Part shown: positions 1 through 9,178 of the stretch, piece after piece | Layout of the letters: every line of letters starts with the position of its first letter | Numbering within the stretch: the first letter of the stretch is position 1 | Assembly: GCA_965267575.1 (NCBI GenBank) | Contig: OZ254086.1 | Span: 3,680,001-3,744,000, forward strand | DNA from: Calditrichales bacterium | Lineage (GTDB): Bacteria; Calditrichota; Calditrichia; Calditrichales; J004 | Direction of reading: 5' to 3' | DNA length: 64,000 nucleotides | Position numbers and translations under genes: made by a program | The notes under the pieces: generated by a model | Databases searched by the model: none | Told to the model about the DNA's origin: nothing | What the model saw: the letters and a program-made list of their open reading frames with translations, nothing else

Positions 1-24
1 GAAAAGCCTTGGAAAGGCCGTCTG

Positions 25-510
25 ATGAGATGTTGTTTTTGGCTTTTACTGGCCGCAATCTTAATCGGCAGCACACCGTCATTGGCGCAGGAAGCCGCGC
101 ACGACAGCAGCGCCGTATCTGCAAAACGCTATTTCACGGATAAGGATACAAGCAAAGCTGTTTCGCCCATTTCCCGTAATAACGATCCTGCCGGACACCT
201 GTGGCGTGTGGCGGGTGTTACGTTTCTACTGCTGGTGGTGCTTGTGGCCGGATTGGGATTATACAAAAAATATGTTTTGCGCCAGGCGCCGGGCCAATCG
301 GCAAATATCCGTGTGGTGGCACGGCATACACTGGGACCGAAACAATCTATAATGATTGTTCATATTGACGGCACCAAATACGCGCTGGGCGCCACCGAAC
401 ATTCCATAAACGTTATCGATAATCTCGGGGAAGCCGGGCCGGAAGAAGAAGCCGTTATGACGCAGCCGGGATTCAATCAAATATTTAAGAAGATAATTCA
501 GCAAAAATGA
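25..510 (+). CDS. fliO: Flagellar biosynthesis protein FliO/FliZ
   Basis: N-terminal signal-like segment, one TM helix, then the FliO-type motif 'IRVVARHTLGPKQSIMIVHIDGTKYALGAT'; overlaps the fliP start. Confidence 0.85.
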   Translation: MRCCFWLLLAAILIGSTPSLAQEAAHDSSAVSAKRYFTDKDTSKAVSPISRNNDPAGHLWRVAGVTFLLLVVLVAGLGLYKKYVLRQAPGQSANIRVVARHTLGPKQSIMIVHIDGTKYALGATEHSINVIDNLGEAGPEEEAVMTQPGFNQIFKKIIQQK

Positions 511-1268
511 AGAAGTATATACTTGGCGCCCTTGTGGTGCTGGCCTTAGCGCAGCTTTTTGTGCCGCAGCAGGCAATGGCTCAAAGCGGAAATCCGCTGC
601 CCAATCTTTCCATCGGTTTTGAGCAATCTGAAAACCCCGATGACTTTGTGCCCACGCTGCAAATCGTTTTTATGCTCACGATCCTCAGCCTGGCACCCTC
701 TATTCTGATCATGATGACTTCTTTTACGCGGATCATCGTGGTTTTTCACTTTTTGCGACAGAGCCTGGGCACGCAAACAGTGCCATCCAACCAGATTCTG
801 ATTGGCTTGGCGTTGTTTATAACTTTTTTCGTCATGCGCCCCGTTATCGATGAGATAAACGACACAGCGCTGCAACCATACCTTAACGAGCAAATCACGC
901 AGCGTGAGGCGCTGGAGCGCGCGGCCAAGCCCATGCGCGCATTCATGCTAAAGCAGACGCGAGAAGAAGATCTGATCCTTTTTGTAGATCTGCGCAATGA
1001 GCGTGAACAGCCCAAATCTGTCGATGATATTCCGCTTACGACGCTGATACCGGCCTTTATCGTAAGTGAATTGAAGACGGCTTTCCAGATTGGCTTTTTG
1101 CTCTATCTGCCCATGCTTTTAATAGACCTGGTGGTGGGCAGCGTGCTGCTTTCCATGGGGATGATGATGCTGCCGCCGGTTATGATCGCCATGCCGTTTA
1201 AACTGCTGTTGTTCGTAATGGTGGACGGCTGGTATTTGATTGTGGAATCACTTGTAAAAGGATTTTAG
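507..1268 (+). CDS. fliP: Flagellar export pore protein FliP
   Basis: Motifs 'LSLAPSILIMMTSFTRI', 'PAFIVSELKTAFQIGF', 'MGMMMLPP', 'PFKLLLFVMVDGW'. Confidence 0.98.
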   Translation: MKKYILGALVVLALAQLFVPQQAMAQSGNPLPNLSIGFEQSENPDDFVPTLQIVFMLTILSLAPSILIMMTSFTRIIVVFHFLRQSLGTQTVPSNQILIGLALFITFFVMRPVIDEINDTALQPYLNEQITQREALERAAKPMRAFMLKQTREEDLILFVDLRNEREQPKSVDDIPLTTLIPAFIVSELKTAFQIGFLLYLPMLLIDLVVGSVLLSMGMMMLPPVMIAMPFKLLLFVMVDGWYLIVESLVKGF

Positions 1269-1270
1269 AA

Positions 1271-1540
1271 ATGACATCGGATTTTGTTTTATATATCACG
1301 CGTGAAGCGCTAATGACCTGCCTGTACATCCTTTTGCCAATCCTGGGAACAGGTTTGATCGTCGGTTTGGCGGTGGGCGTTTTCCAGGCCACTACGCAAA
1401 TTAATGAAATGACACTCAGTTTTGTACCCAAGATTGTTCTGGTTTTCCTGGTTATTTTTCTGTTAACCCCCTGGTTCCTGGATATCCTGATGTCGTTTAC
1501 GCGGGAAATATTCAGCCAGATTGTAGTGGTGAGCCAGTAA
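1271..1540 (+). CDS. fliQ: Flagellar export protein FliQ
   Basis: 89 aa, 'FQATTQINEMTLSFVPK' signature. Confidence 0.97.
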   Translation: MTSDFVLYITREALMTCLYILLPILGTGLIVGLAVGVFQATTQINEMTLSFVPKIVLVFLVIFLLTPWFLDILMSFTREIFSQIVVVSQ

Positions 1541-1541
1541 C

Positions 1542-2327
1542 ATGTACGATCTTATCGACAACATCGCCGTATGGCTTCCGGCCGTTTTCCTGGTCTTTGC
1601 CCGCTTGTCGGCATTGTTGTTGAGCATGCCTGTTTTTGGCTACGCTACGGTCTCGGGCCGCATCCGCCTGGCTATCGCGGTGGTACTTACACTGGTCATT
1701 GCGCCGGGCGTTGCGCAGGCTTTTACAATTACTTACAGTTCGAAACTGCTGTTTGGCCTGGATATTGCTCGCGAGATTATGCTGGGGTTGATGCTTGGTT
1801 TTGGCGCGCGCATCATTTTTGAAGGATTTGTCATGGCCGGATCGCTTATCGGCTTTCAGATGGGCTTTGCCATTATGAATGTGTTTGACCCGTCGACGCA
1901 AAATAACCAGGGTATTATCGGCAGTTTCTGGCTGCTGGTGGTGGTTACATTTTTCCTGGTCACCAACAGCCACCATCTGCTGATTGAGATCCTGTTTTTC
2001 AATTTTAAGGCAATACCGCCGGCCAGCGCCCTTTTTCATCCAGAAGCGGGTACGCAACTGATCGGCGCAGGCGCCATGATTTACGAGTTGGCCGTAAAAT
2101 TCGCCGCACCGATGATGATGTTCTTATTAATGACGGACGTCGCTATCGCCTTTATGGCGCGCGTTATGCCGCAACTGAACATATTTTTTATAAGTCTGCC
2201 GCTGAAAATCGGCATCGGCATTTTTATGCTGCTGATCTCCCTGCACATTTTTCAAAGCATGTTCGGCTATCTGATTGAATACCTGGAAGGTTTTCTGCTG
2301 GACATGGTGGTGGCAATAAAAGGATAA
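1542..2327 (+). CDS. fliR: Flagellar export protein FliR
   Basis: Hydrophobic 261 aa; 'GSLIGFQMGF', 'DP', 'RVMPQLNIFFISLPLK'; lies between fliQ and flhB. Confidence 0.96.
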   Translation: MYDLIDNIAVWLPAVFLVFARLSALLLSMPVFGYATVSGRIRLAIAVVLTLVIAPGVAQAFTITYSSKLLFGLDIAREIMLGLMLGFGARIIFEGFVMAGSLIGFQMGFAIMNVFDPSTQNNQGIIGSFWLLVVVTFFLVTNSHHLLIEILFFNFKAIPPASALFHPEAGTQLIGAGAMIYELAVKFAAPMMMFLLMTDVAIAFMARVMPQLNIFFISLPLKIGIGIFMLLISLHIFQSMFGYLIEYLEGFLLDMVVAIKG

Positions 2328-2330
2328 GAA

Positions 2331-3431
2331 ATGGCTGAGAACGAAAACGGTCAGGAGAAAACTGAACAGCCTTCTCCCAAGCGAAGGGAGGAGGCGATTG
2401 AAAAGGGTAACGTTGCCAAAAGCTCAGAGCTCAATTCCGTGGCTGTGCTGATTGCCACGTTGATTGTGTTCCGCTACCTGGGCGGCTTTATCGGTGAAGA
2501 GTTGAATGAATTCATGAATTACATCTACACGGAATCGTCGATGATGCAACTGAACGAGACCTCTTTCGCCGCTTTATCGCAATTTACGATCACGGCGATG
2601 TTCACCATAATGGCGCCGGTGCTGCTGATTGTTCTATTGTTTGCCGTGGCTAGCAACGTGGGGCAGGTAGGCTTTATCGTTGCCACCAAAGCCCTGAAGC
2701 CCAACTTTAAAAAGCTCAATCCTTTTTCCGGGCTCAAGCGTCTATTCTCCATGCGTTCAATCGTGGAGCTGATAAAGGGATTGTTAAAGATCGCCATCAT
2801 CGGAATTATCGGATACCTGGTGGTGATGAGCCATTATGAAGAGTACCTGGTATTACCGCATCAATCCGTGATGCAGATAGCCGGGTTTATGGGCGACGTT
2901 ATGTACGATCTTACTTTTAAAATTGCCCTGGCGCTGCTGGTTATGGCTATTGGCGACTTCGCTTACCAAAAATACGATCACGAAAAAAATCTTAAAATGA
3001 CCAAGCAGGAAGTTAAGGAAGAAAATAAACAGGCAGAAGGCGACCCGCACGTGAAGGGACGCATTCGCACGTTGCAGCGCGAGATGGCGCGGCGGCGAAT
3101 GATGGCCGATATTCCTGAGGCTACCGTCGTTGTGACCAACCCGACGCATTACGCCGTCGCCCTGAAATACGACCCGGCCGCCAAAGCGGACGCGCCAAAA
3201 GTAATTGCCAAAGGTAAAAATTTGATCGCGCAAAAAATAAAAGAAATAGCCGCCGAACACGGTGTGCCTGTTGTGGAAAACAAACCGCTTGCACGGTCTT
3301 TATTCAGCGCTACGGAAGTGGGCGACGAGATCCCGGGTGCCTTGTACCAGGCCGTCGCCGAAGTATTAAGCCAGGTATTCCAGGCCGACCGCAACCGCTA
3401 CGATTCAATACGGAGAAAACTGAATGGCTAA
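2331..3431 (+). CDS. flhB: Flagellar export switch protein FlhB
   Basis: 'EKTEQPSPKR', 'KMTKQEVKEE..EGDP', intact NPTH autocleavage motif. Confidence 0.98.
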   Translation: MAENENGQEKTEQPSPKRREEAIEKGNVAKSSELNSVAVLIATLIVFRYLGGFIGEELNEFMNYIYTESSMMQLNETSFAALSQFTITAMFTIMAPVLLIVLLFAVASNVGQVGFIVATKALKPNFKKLNPFSGLKRLFSMRSIVELIKGLLKIAIIGIIGYLVVMSHYEEYLVLPHQSVMQIAGFMGDVMYDLTFKIALALLVMAIGDFAYQKYDHEKNLKMTKQEVKEENKQAEGDPHVKGRIRTLQREMARRRMMADIPEATVVVTNPTHYAVALKYDPAAKADAPKVIAKGKNLIAQKIKEIAAEHGVPVVENKPLARSLFSATEVGDEIPGALYQAVAEVLSQVFQADRNRYDSIRRKLNG

Positions 3432-5523
3432 TTTGTCAGCCGCTGTAGGAACAAAGAAAGGCATTGAAGACGCCGGGCTAAGCAACAGCAGCAATATCGT
3501 ACTTACGGCTGCCATAGTTATGATCCTTGGTGTGATGGTTCTGCCGTTGCCAACCTTTTTTATGGACATGCTGATGGCGATGAACATTACCAGTTCGCTG
3601 GTGGTGCTTTTTGTAACGCTGTTTGTATTGCGGCCCATGGATTTTTCCGTATTTCCCGGTCTTTTGTTGATCTTAACGCTGTTTCGCCTGTCGCTCAACA
3701 TTGCCTCCACCCGACTCATTCTTGGTGAAGCCTATGCCGGTGAAATCATTGAAGCCTTCGGTTCTTTTGTGGTGCAGGGCAACTATGTTGTCGGAACCGT
3801 TATTTTCCTGATTCTTGTTATCATCAACTTTGTTGTTATTACCAAGGGCGCTACGCGTATCGCCGAAGTTTCGGCGCGCTTTACGCTGGATGCCATGCCC
3901 GGCAAGCAGATGGCCATCGATGCAGACCTGAATGCCGGCCTGATTGACGACCTGGAAGCGCAGAACCGCCGTAATGCCATCGCTAAGGAAGCCGACTTCT
4001 ACGGCGCCATGGATGGTGCAAGTAAATTTGTCCGCGGGGATGCTATCGCCGGATTGCTTATTACCGCCATCAACATGGTCGGCGGTTTGTTGATTGGTAT
4101 TTTACAGCGCGGCCTTAGCGCCGGTGATGCCGCCGGTATTTATACGCTGTTAACGATCGGAGACGGTCTTGTGGCGCAAATTCCTGCGCTGATTATCTCC
4201 ACATCCGCCGGTATTGTCATCACCCGCGCTTCCTCCGTTTCCAACATGGGCTCGGATATTGCCAACCAAGTAATCGGCCAGCCCAAAGCGATTTACGCGG
4301 CATCGGGCGTTATTGGCATGATGGGTTTGCTGCCCGGCCTGCCTTTTATTCCGTTTACGATTATGGCCGTGGGTATGGCCGTTCTCGGTAGCCAGATCCA
4401 GAAAAAATTCCGTGAGCAGGAAGCGCGCGAAGCGGAACTGGAAGCAGAAGAGGAAGCGGAAACCGTTGAGCCGGAAGAACGCATTGAAAGCTTTCTGCAT
4501 CCCGACGCCTTTGAAATTGAGATCGGCTACGGACTAATCCCACTTGTGGATGAAAACCAGGGCGGTAACCTGCTTAACCGTATTACCACGATCCGTAAAA
4601 GCCTTGCCATCGAAATGGGAATGCTGGTGCCACCTATCCGTATCCGCGATAATATCCAGCTGCGGGCCAGCGAGTATGTTTTTAAAATTTATGGCATTGA
4701 AGTAGCGCGTGGAGAAGTGATGCTCGATTACTACATGGTAGTTAACCCCGACGATCGTCTGGGTCTTACCGGCATTGAGATGACCGAGCCGACCTTCGGC
4801 CTGCCGGCTATCTGGGTTTCCGACCAGGAGCGGGAAAAGGCGGAAATGACCGGCAACACGGTTGTGGAAGCGCCGGCTGTAATCGCCACGCACCTGATGG
4901 AGGTGCTGCGCAACAACTGCTTTAAGCTGCTCGACCGCCAGGCAACGCAAAAAATGCTGAATGACCTGAAAGAATCCCATGGTGCTTTGGTTGATGGCCT
5001 GGTGCCGGATATCGTGCCGCTGGGAACAGTGCAAAAGGTTCTGAAAAACCTGTTGCACGAGCGCGTACCGATCCGCAACCTGGTAGTTATACTGGAAACG
5101 GTCGCAGACAATTCGGCCTTTTCGAAGGATTCGGAAGTGCTTACGGAATACGCGCGCCAGGCACTGGCGGAAACGATCACGGATATGCTCAAAGACGAGA
5201 ACAATTCCGTTACCGTTGCTATGTTCGAGCCGGCGCTGGAAGACCATATCATGAATTCAATCCGCAATAACGGCATCGCCCAGAACCTCGGTCTTTCTCC
5301 CGAGCAGGTAAGTACACTTTTCCAAAAACTTGCCGAAAAGATAGAGGAAATGAACATGATGGGCGTGCGTCCGGCCTTGCTGGTTTCGCCGCAGATCCGC
5401 CGCGCGGTAAGGAAATTCCTGGAATCGGTCTTTTCAAATGTCATGGTCATTTCGTATAACGAGCTGACACCCGATACAGAAGTAAAAACAGTAGGTTCAA
5501 TAGGAACGCCTCATGCAGGTTAA
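3424..5523 (+). CDS. flhA: Flagellar export gate protein FlhA
   Basis: FHIPEP signature 'RIAEVSARFTLDAMPGKQMAIDADL', 'FYGAMDGASKFVRGDA'. Confidence 0.98.
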   Translation: MANLSAAVGTKKGIEDAGLSNSSNIVLTAAIVMILGVMVLPLPTFFMDMLMAMNITSSLVVLFVTLFVLRPMDFSVFPGLLLILTLFRLSLNIASTRLILGEAYAGEIIEAFGSFVVQGNYVVGTVIFLILVIINFVVITKGATRIAEVSARFTLDAMPGKQMAIDADLNAGLIDDLEAQNRRNAIAKEADFYGAMDGASKFVRGDAIAGLLITAINMVGGLLIGILQRGLSAGDAAGIYTLLTIGDGLVAQIPALIISTSAGIVITRASSVSNMGSDIANQVIGQPKAIYAASGVIGMMGLLPGLPFIPFTIMAVGMAVLGSQIQKKFREQEAREAELEAEEEAETVEPEERIESFLHPDAFEIEIGYGLIPLVDENQGGNLLNRITTIRKSLAIEMGMLVPPIRIRDNIQLRASEYVFKIYGIEVARGEVMLDYYMVVNPDDRLGLTGIEMTEPTFGLPAIWVSDQEREKAEMTGNTVVEAPAVIATHLMEVLRNNCFKLLDRQATQKMLNDLKESHGALVDGLVPDIVPLGTVQKVLKNLLHERVPIRNLVVILETVADNSAFSKDSEVLTEYARQALAETITDMLKDENNSVTVAMFEPALEDHIMNSIRNNGIAQNLGLSPEQVSTLFQKLAEKIEEMNMMGVRPALLVSPQIRRAVRKFLESVFSNVMVISYNELTPDTEVKTVGSIGTPHAG

Positions 5524-6847
5524 GTCATATCTGGATACATCCTTGCCCCGCGCCATTCTTAGGGCCAAGCAGGAGCTGGGAAACGAAATCATCATCATCG
5601 AATCACGTGACGTGGTAAACCACCCCGATTATCCGGGCAAAAAAATGGTTAAAGTTATCGTGGGCCTCTCTCCGGAAGATGAGAAAAAACAGGTCAAAAA
5701 ATGGGTCCCGCCTTCTGTTAACAGCGAAGAGCGCAAGGAAGGCCAGGGCCGCCAGAACCCATCGCGTAAAGATCACCGGACCAGCACTTACAGCAAAGTG
5801 CGTCAGGAGATAGAAGCTAAAAATCCTCTCCCTAAAGCGCCGCCGCCCAAAGAGAATCAATTCAATGATATGATTTCCAATATTCTCAACCGCCAGCCCA
5901 AAGAGCTGGACAAAGAGAAAAATATACTTGATGAGATTTCCAAGCTGCGTCGCGAGATCACCGAACTGAGCAAAAAATCGGAACAGGCGGCGGTTAGCGC
6001 CAAAGCCCAGGCGGAACAGCTTAAAAGCAGCACACAGGAGCCTCTGGCACGTTTCCCCGAGCCCTACAAGACCATCCAGGATTATATGCTCGAAAAAGGC
6101 GTGCAGGAAGATATTGCTTACGATTTCATCAACCGTGCTTTTCTGCTGAAAGAGGGCAAACGCAACGTGAAGGGCAGCGAGGTGCTGGGGCAGCTGCGCG
6201 GGGAAATGAAAGAGCTTCTGCAGCCTTACGATTTCAATAAAGTCGAACGCAGCAAAAAGCAGCGCGTGGTTCTTCTGCTGGGCCCCACGGGCGCGGGAAA
6301 AAGTACCGCCGCCATGAAGCTGGCTTCGCATCCGGAAATTTACGGCAAAAAAAGAGTGGCGATTCTGTCGACCGACCCCTATGGCCCGTCCGAAGCCTTA
6401 AAAGCGTTTGCGCGCATGAGCGAAACCGCCGTTCATGAAGAGAAGGATATAGACAAGACCGAAGCGCTTCTGGAGAAGTACAAGAATAAAGATGTGCTGA
6501 TCGTAGACACGCCGGGGAAAAGCCCGTTTGATCCAAACCAGCTCAGCAGACTGGAAAACTTTGTGAAGCGCCTTAAGCCAACCGACATATTCCTGGTGCT
6601 TAGCGTGGGCTCCGACTTGAAAGACCTTGTGCTGCTGTGCGCCAATTACCTGCTGTTGAAGCCCAACGGCATCGTATTTACAAAATTTGATGAAACCACG
6701 CAGCCGGGCAAAGTATTTTCCATACTGGACGTTATCAATCTGCCGGTTGTGAGTTTCTGCGACGGCAAAAAAATATTTATAGACGTTCACAAGGGCGAGC
6801 CGGAATATATGTTTAAAAAAGTTTTACCTCAGAACATGGAAAGTTAA
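5513..6847 (+). CDS. flhF: SRP-family GTPase FlhF (divergent)
   Basis: Lies between flhA and flhG; N-terminal 'MQVKSY..A..RAKQELG', P-loop GPTGAGKST, DTPG, TKFDET. Confidence 0.88.
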   Translation: MQVKSYLDTSLPRAILRAKQELGNEIIIIESRDVVNHPDYPGKKMVKVIVGLSPEDEKKQVKKWVPPSVNSEERKEGQGRQNPSRKDHRTSTYSKVRQEIEAKNPLPKAPPPKENQFNDMISNILNRQPKELDKEKNILDEISKLRREITELSKKSEQAAVSAKAQAEQLKSSTQEPLARFPEPYKTIQDYMLEKGVQEDIAYDFINRAFLLKEGKRNVKGSEVLGQLRGEMKELLQPYDFNKVERSKKQRVVLLLGPTGAGKSTAAMKLASHPEIYGKKRVAILSTDPYGPSEALKAFARMSETAVHEEKDIDKTEALLEKYKNKDVLIVDTPGKSPFDPNQLSRLENFVKRLKPTDIFLVLSVGSDLKDLVLLCANYLLLKPNGIVFTKFDETTQPGKVFSILDVINLPVVSFCDGKKIFIDVHKGEPEYMFKKVLPQNMES

Positions 6848-6850
6848 GCG

Positions 6851-7717
6851 ATGCTGGAAACCATAGGCAAAGATATGACAACTCTGAAAGACACGCGGAA
6901 ACAACCTGAAATCATCGCCATAACGAGCGGCAAAGGCGGTGTCGGCAAATCATCGCTCAGTATAAATACGGCGCTGGTTTTCCGCCAGATGCGTAAGCGG
7001 GTGTTGCTGATCGATGCGGACATTCATCTGGGAAATGTAGACCTGCTTTTGGGAATGCGCACCGTTAACACGCTGGAAGATCTGCTCAAGGAAGGCATGG
7101 ATATCCGTGATATCATTGTGGAGGGGCCCGGACAACTTGACGTTTTGCCGGCCTCTTCGGCGTCCATGAAAATGCTGGAAATGGAAGATATTCTGCTGAA
7201 AAAACTGGCCGCTGCATTCAGAAAAATAGAATCCAATTACGATTATGTAATTGTAGATACCGGTGCGGGCGTCGCTCAGACAGTTCTTTCATTTTTGCTT
7301 GGCGCGGACAAAATCGTCCTGGTCATTACATCGGATCCAGCCTCCATTGCCGATGCCTATGCCGTGATAAAGATCGTTAAGACAATGGATGCCGAGATAC
7401 CGGTTCTGGTAGTGCCCAACCAGGTAAACGCCCACGAAGAAGGGGAAGTGCTTTACAAGAAGCTCAATTTGATGGTAAGAAAATTTTTGAAATGTGAAAT
7501 CGAATATGCCGGGTCGGTGCTCAAAGATGAGCTGATCGCTAAATCGGTAAAGATCCAGAAGCCTTTTGTGCTGCACAATCCCAACTCGGCGGCGGCCAAC
7601 ACGATGCGACTGTTTACGCGCCAGCTATTGCAGCTTACACCTAAAACAGCCCGCGACAAAAGGAATGTGTTCGATCGTTTTATTGTAAATAAGAAAAGGA
7701 ATTTTGAATGGGATTAA
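6851..7717 (+). CDS. flhG: MinD-like ATPase FlhG/FleN
   Basis: Deviant Walker A 'SGKGGVGKS', 'DADIHLGN', 'VDTGAG'; downstream of flhF. Confidence 0.92.
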   Translation: MLETIGKDMTTLKDTRKQPEIIAITSGKGGVGKSSLSINTALVFRQMRKRVLLIDADIHLGNVDLLLGMRTVNTLEDLLKEGMDIRDIIVEGPGQLDVLPASSASMKMLEMEDILLKKLAAAFRKIESNYDYVIVDTGAGVAQTVLSFLLGADKIVLVITSDPASIADAYAVIKIVKTMDAEIPVLVVPNQVNAHEEGEVLYKKLNLMVRKFLKCEIEYAGSVLKDELIAKSVKIQKPFVLHNPNSAAANTMRLFTRQLLQLTPKTARDKRNVFDRFIVNKKRNFEWD

Positions 7718-8028
7718 TGCAGAAATTCCTGATAAATTTTTCGGTGTTTGCGGGAGCAATCGCCCTGATCACCGCCCTTATAAACGGGGTTAGCATTGGC
7801 ACGGGACTGTTCCGCGCCGGGCTGGTTTTCCTCGGAACGATGCTCCTGTTTATAGTTGCCCTACATACAATCCGCTGGGCAATCATTGCTACAACGATTG
7901 TTGATTTTAAAACGGCAAAAAACAACGAAAACGGTTTTCAAAAAGACAGCGCAACAGACCAGCTAAAGGGAGATGATGATAAAGCCCGGCTGGCGGAAGA
8001 AACGCAAAAAGACCAGGGGACTAAATAA
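7708..8028 (+). CDS. Small membrane protein (2 predicted TM helices) between flhG and fliA
   Basis: Two hydrophobic segments and a charged tail; overlaps the flhG stop. Confidence 0.7.
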   Translation: MGLMQKFLINFSVFAGAIALITALINGVSIGTGLFRAGLVFLGTMLLFIVALHTIRWAIIATTIVDFKTAKNNENGFQKDSATDQLKGDDDKARLAEETQKDQGTK

Positions 8029-8042
8029 TCGCAACGGTTAGT

Positions 8043-8807
8043 ATGTCAGGACGCGCGGATACGTTAAGTAATAACGGCGAAGATCTGGTAAAAGACTTCG
8101 TTCGGAGCGGTAACCCGACGCTTAAGGATCAGATCGTAAGAGTCTACTCCCCGCTGATCAAGCATATTGTGGGACGCTTCAATCTGAAGCATTCTTCCAC
8201 GCTCAGCGAAGACGATCTTTTTCAGTACGGCATTCTGGGATTGCTAAAAGCCCTGGAACGTTTTGATCCCGAACAGGGCGTTCCGTTCAAGGCTTTTGTT
8301 TATAAGCGCATCCAGGGCGAGGTGATCGACGCCATGCGTCGAGAAGGACTGATTGGCCGTGATATGTATGAGAAAATAAAAAAGCTTGAGAAATGCGTAA
8401 AAGACCTGGGTAGCCAATTGGGACGCGAACCGGGTGTTTACGAGATCTGCCGCGAAATGGCCATAACCGAAAGCGAATACTATGATCTGCTGAATACATC
8501 GCAGATGGTCTATACAACATCGCTGGACACCAAAATTACCGATGATGAAGGTTCAGCGGTCTACAGGGTGGATATGATACAGGATGACTCGCAACTGAGT
8601 CCGGAGGATTTGATGACGCAGAAAAATCTGAAGACACGACTAAAGGCGATAATAAACAGCCTGCCGGAACGGGAACGCCTTATTCTGGCGCTCTATTTTT
8701 ACGAGGAGTTGATTCTGGCTGACATTGCCCGCATTATGAGCCTCAGCGAAGCACGCATTTCACAGATATTAAATAAAACCTTGTTGGACATAAGGACGAA
8801 GTTTTAA
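8043..8807 (+). CDS. fliA: Flagellar sigma factor sigma28 (FliA/WhiG family)
   Basis: 'DDLFQYGILGLLKALERFDP', 'RIQGEVIDAMR', region 4 'LPERERLILALYFYEEL..I...LSEARISQI'. Confidence 0.95.
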   Translation: MSGRADTLSNNGEDLVKDFVRSGNPTLKDQIVRVYSPLIKHIVGRFNLKHSSTLSEDDLFQYGILGLLKALERFDPEQGVPFKAFVYKRIQGEVIDAMRREGLIGRDMYEKIKKLEKCVKDLGSQLGREPGVYEICREMAITESEYYDLLNTSQMVYTTSLDTKITDDEGSAVYRVDMIQDDSQLSPEDLMTQKNLKTRLKAIINSLPERERLILALYFYEELILADIARIMSLSEARISQILNKTLLDIRTKF

Positions 8808-9178
8808 TGGATAAGCCTATTTCCAATATATCGGGAAGCGCAAAGGATAGCTTCCGGCCGCACGACAGGGAGGGCCGGCAACAGGGTCGTTCTCATGCCG
8901 ACGCCAATGTTTACTATGTGGAGACTGATCCCGGACCGCTGAAAAAGCGGCTTAATAAGGGTGACAGGATTAAATCGCGCATCGTTTTGATCCTTGATGA
9001 TGAACGCTATCTGCTGCGCCTGTTCGGATACAATTTTGTCATGCAGTCGCAACTTAAGTTTGAACGCGGAGAAGAGGTTATGCTGTGTGTGGATGAAACC
9101 GATCCCAGACTTAAGCTGCAATTGCAGAGGCACAAGGAAAACCGGGCAAAGCCGGGAAGCACGGATATCACCGTTTAG
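8807..9178 (+). CDS. Hypothetical protein with a small beta-rich domain, translationally coupled to fliA
   Basis: TAATG overlap with fliA; pattern 'L..GD.I...I.....Y.L.L.G....QS...F..GE.V.L.V....P.L.L' resembles N-terminal beta domains of FliK-like proteins (recollection). Confidence 0.6.
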   Translation: MDKPISNISGSAKDSFRPHDREGRQQGRSHADANVYYVETDPGPLKKRLNKGDRIKSRIVLILDDERYLLRLFGYNFVMQSQLKFERGEEVMLCVDETDPRLKLQLQRHKENRAKPGSTDITV

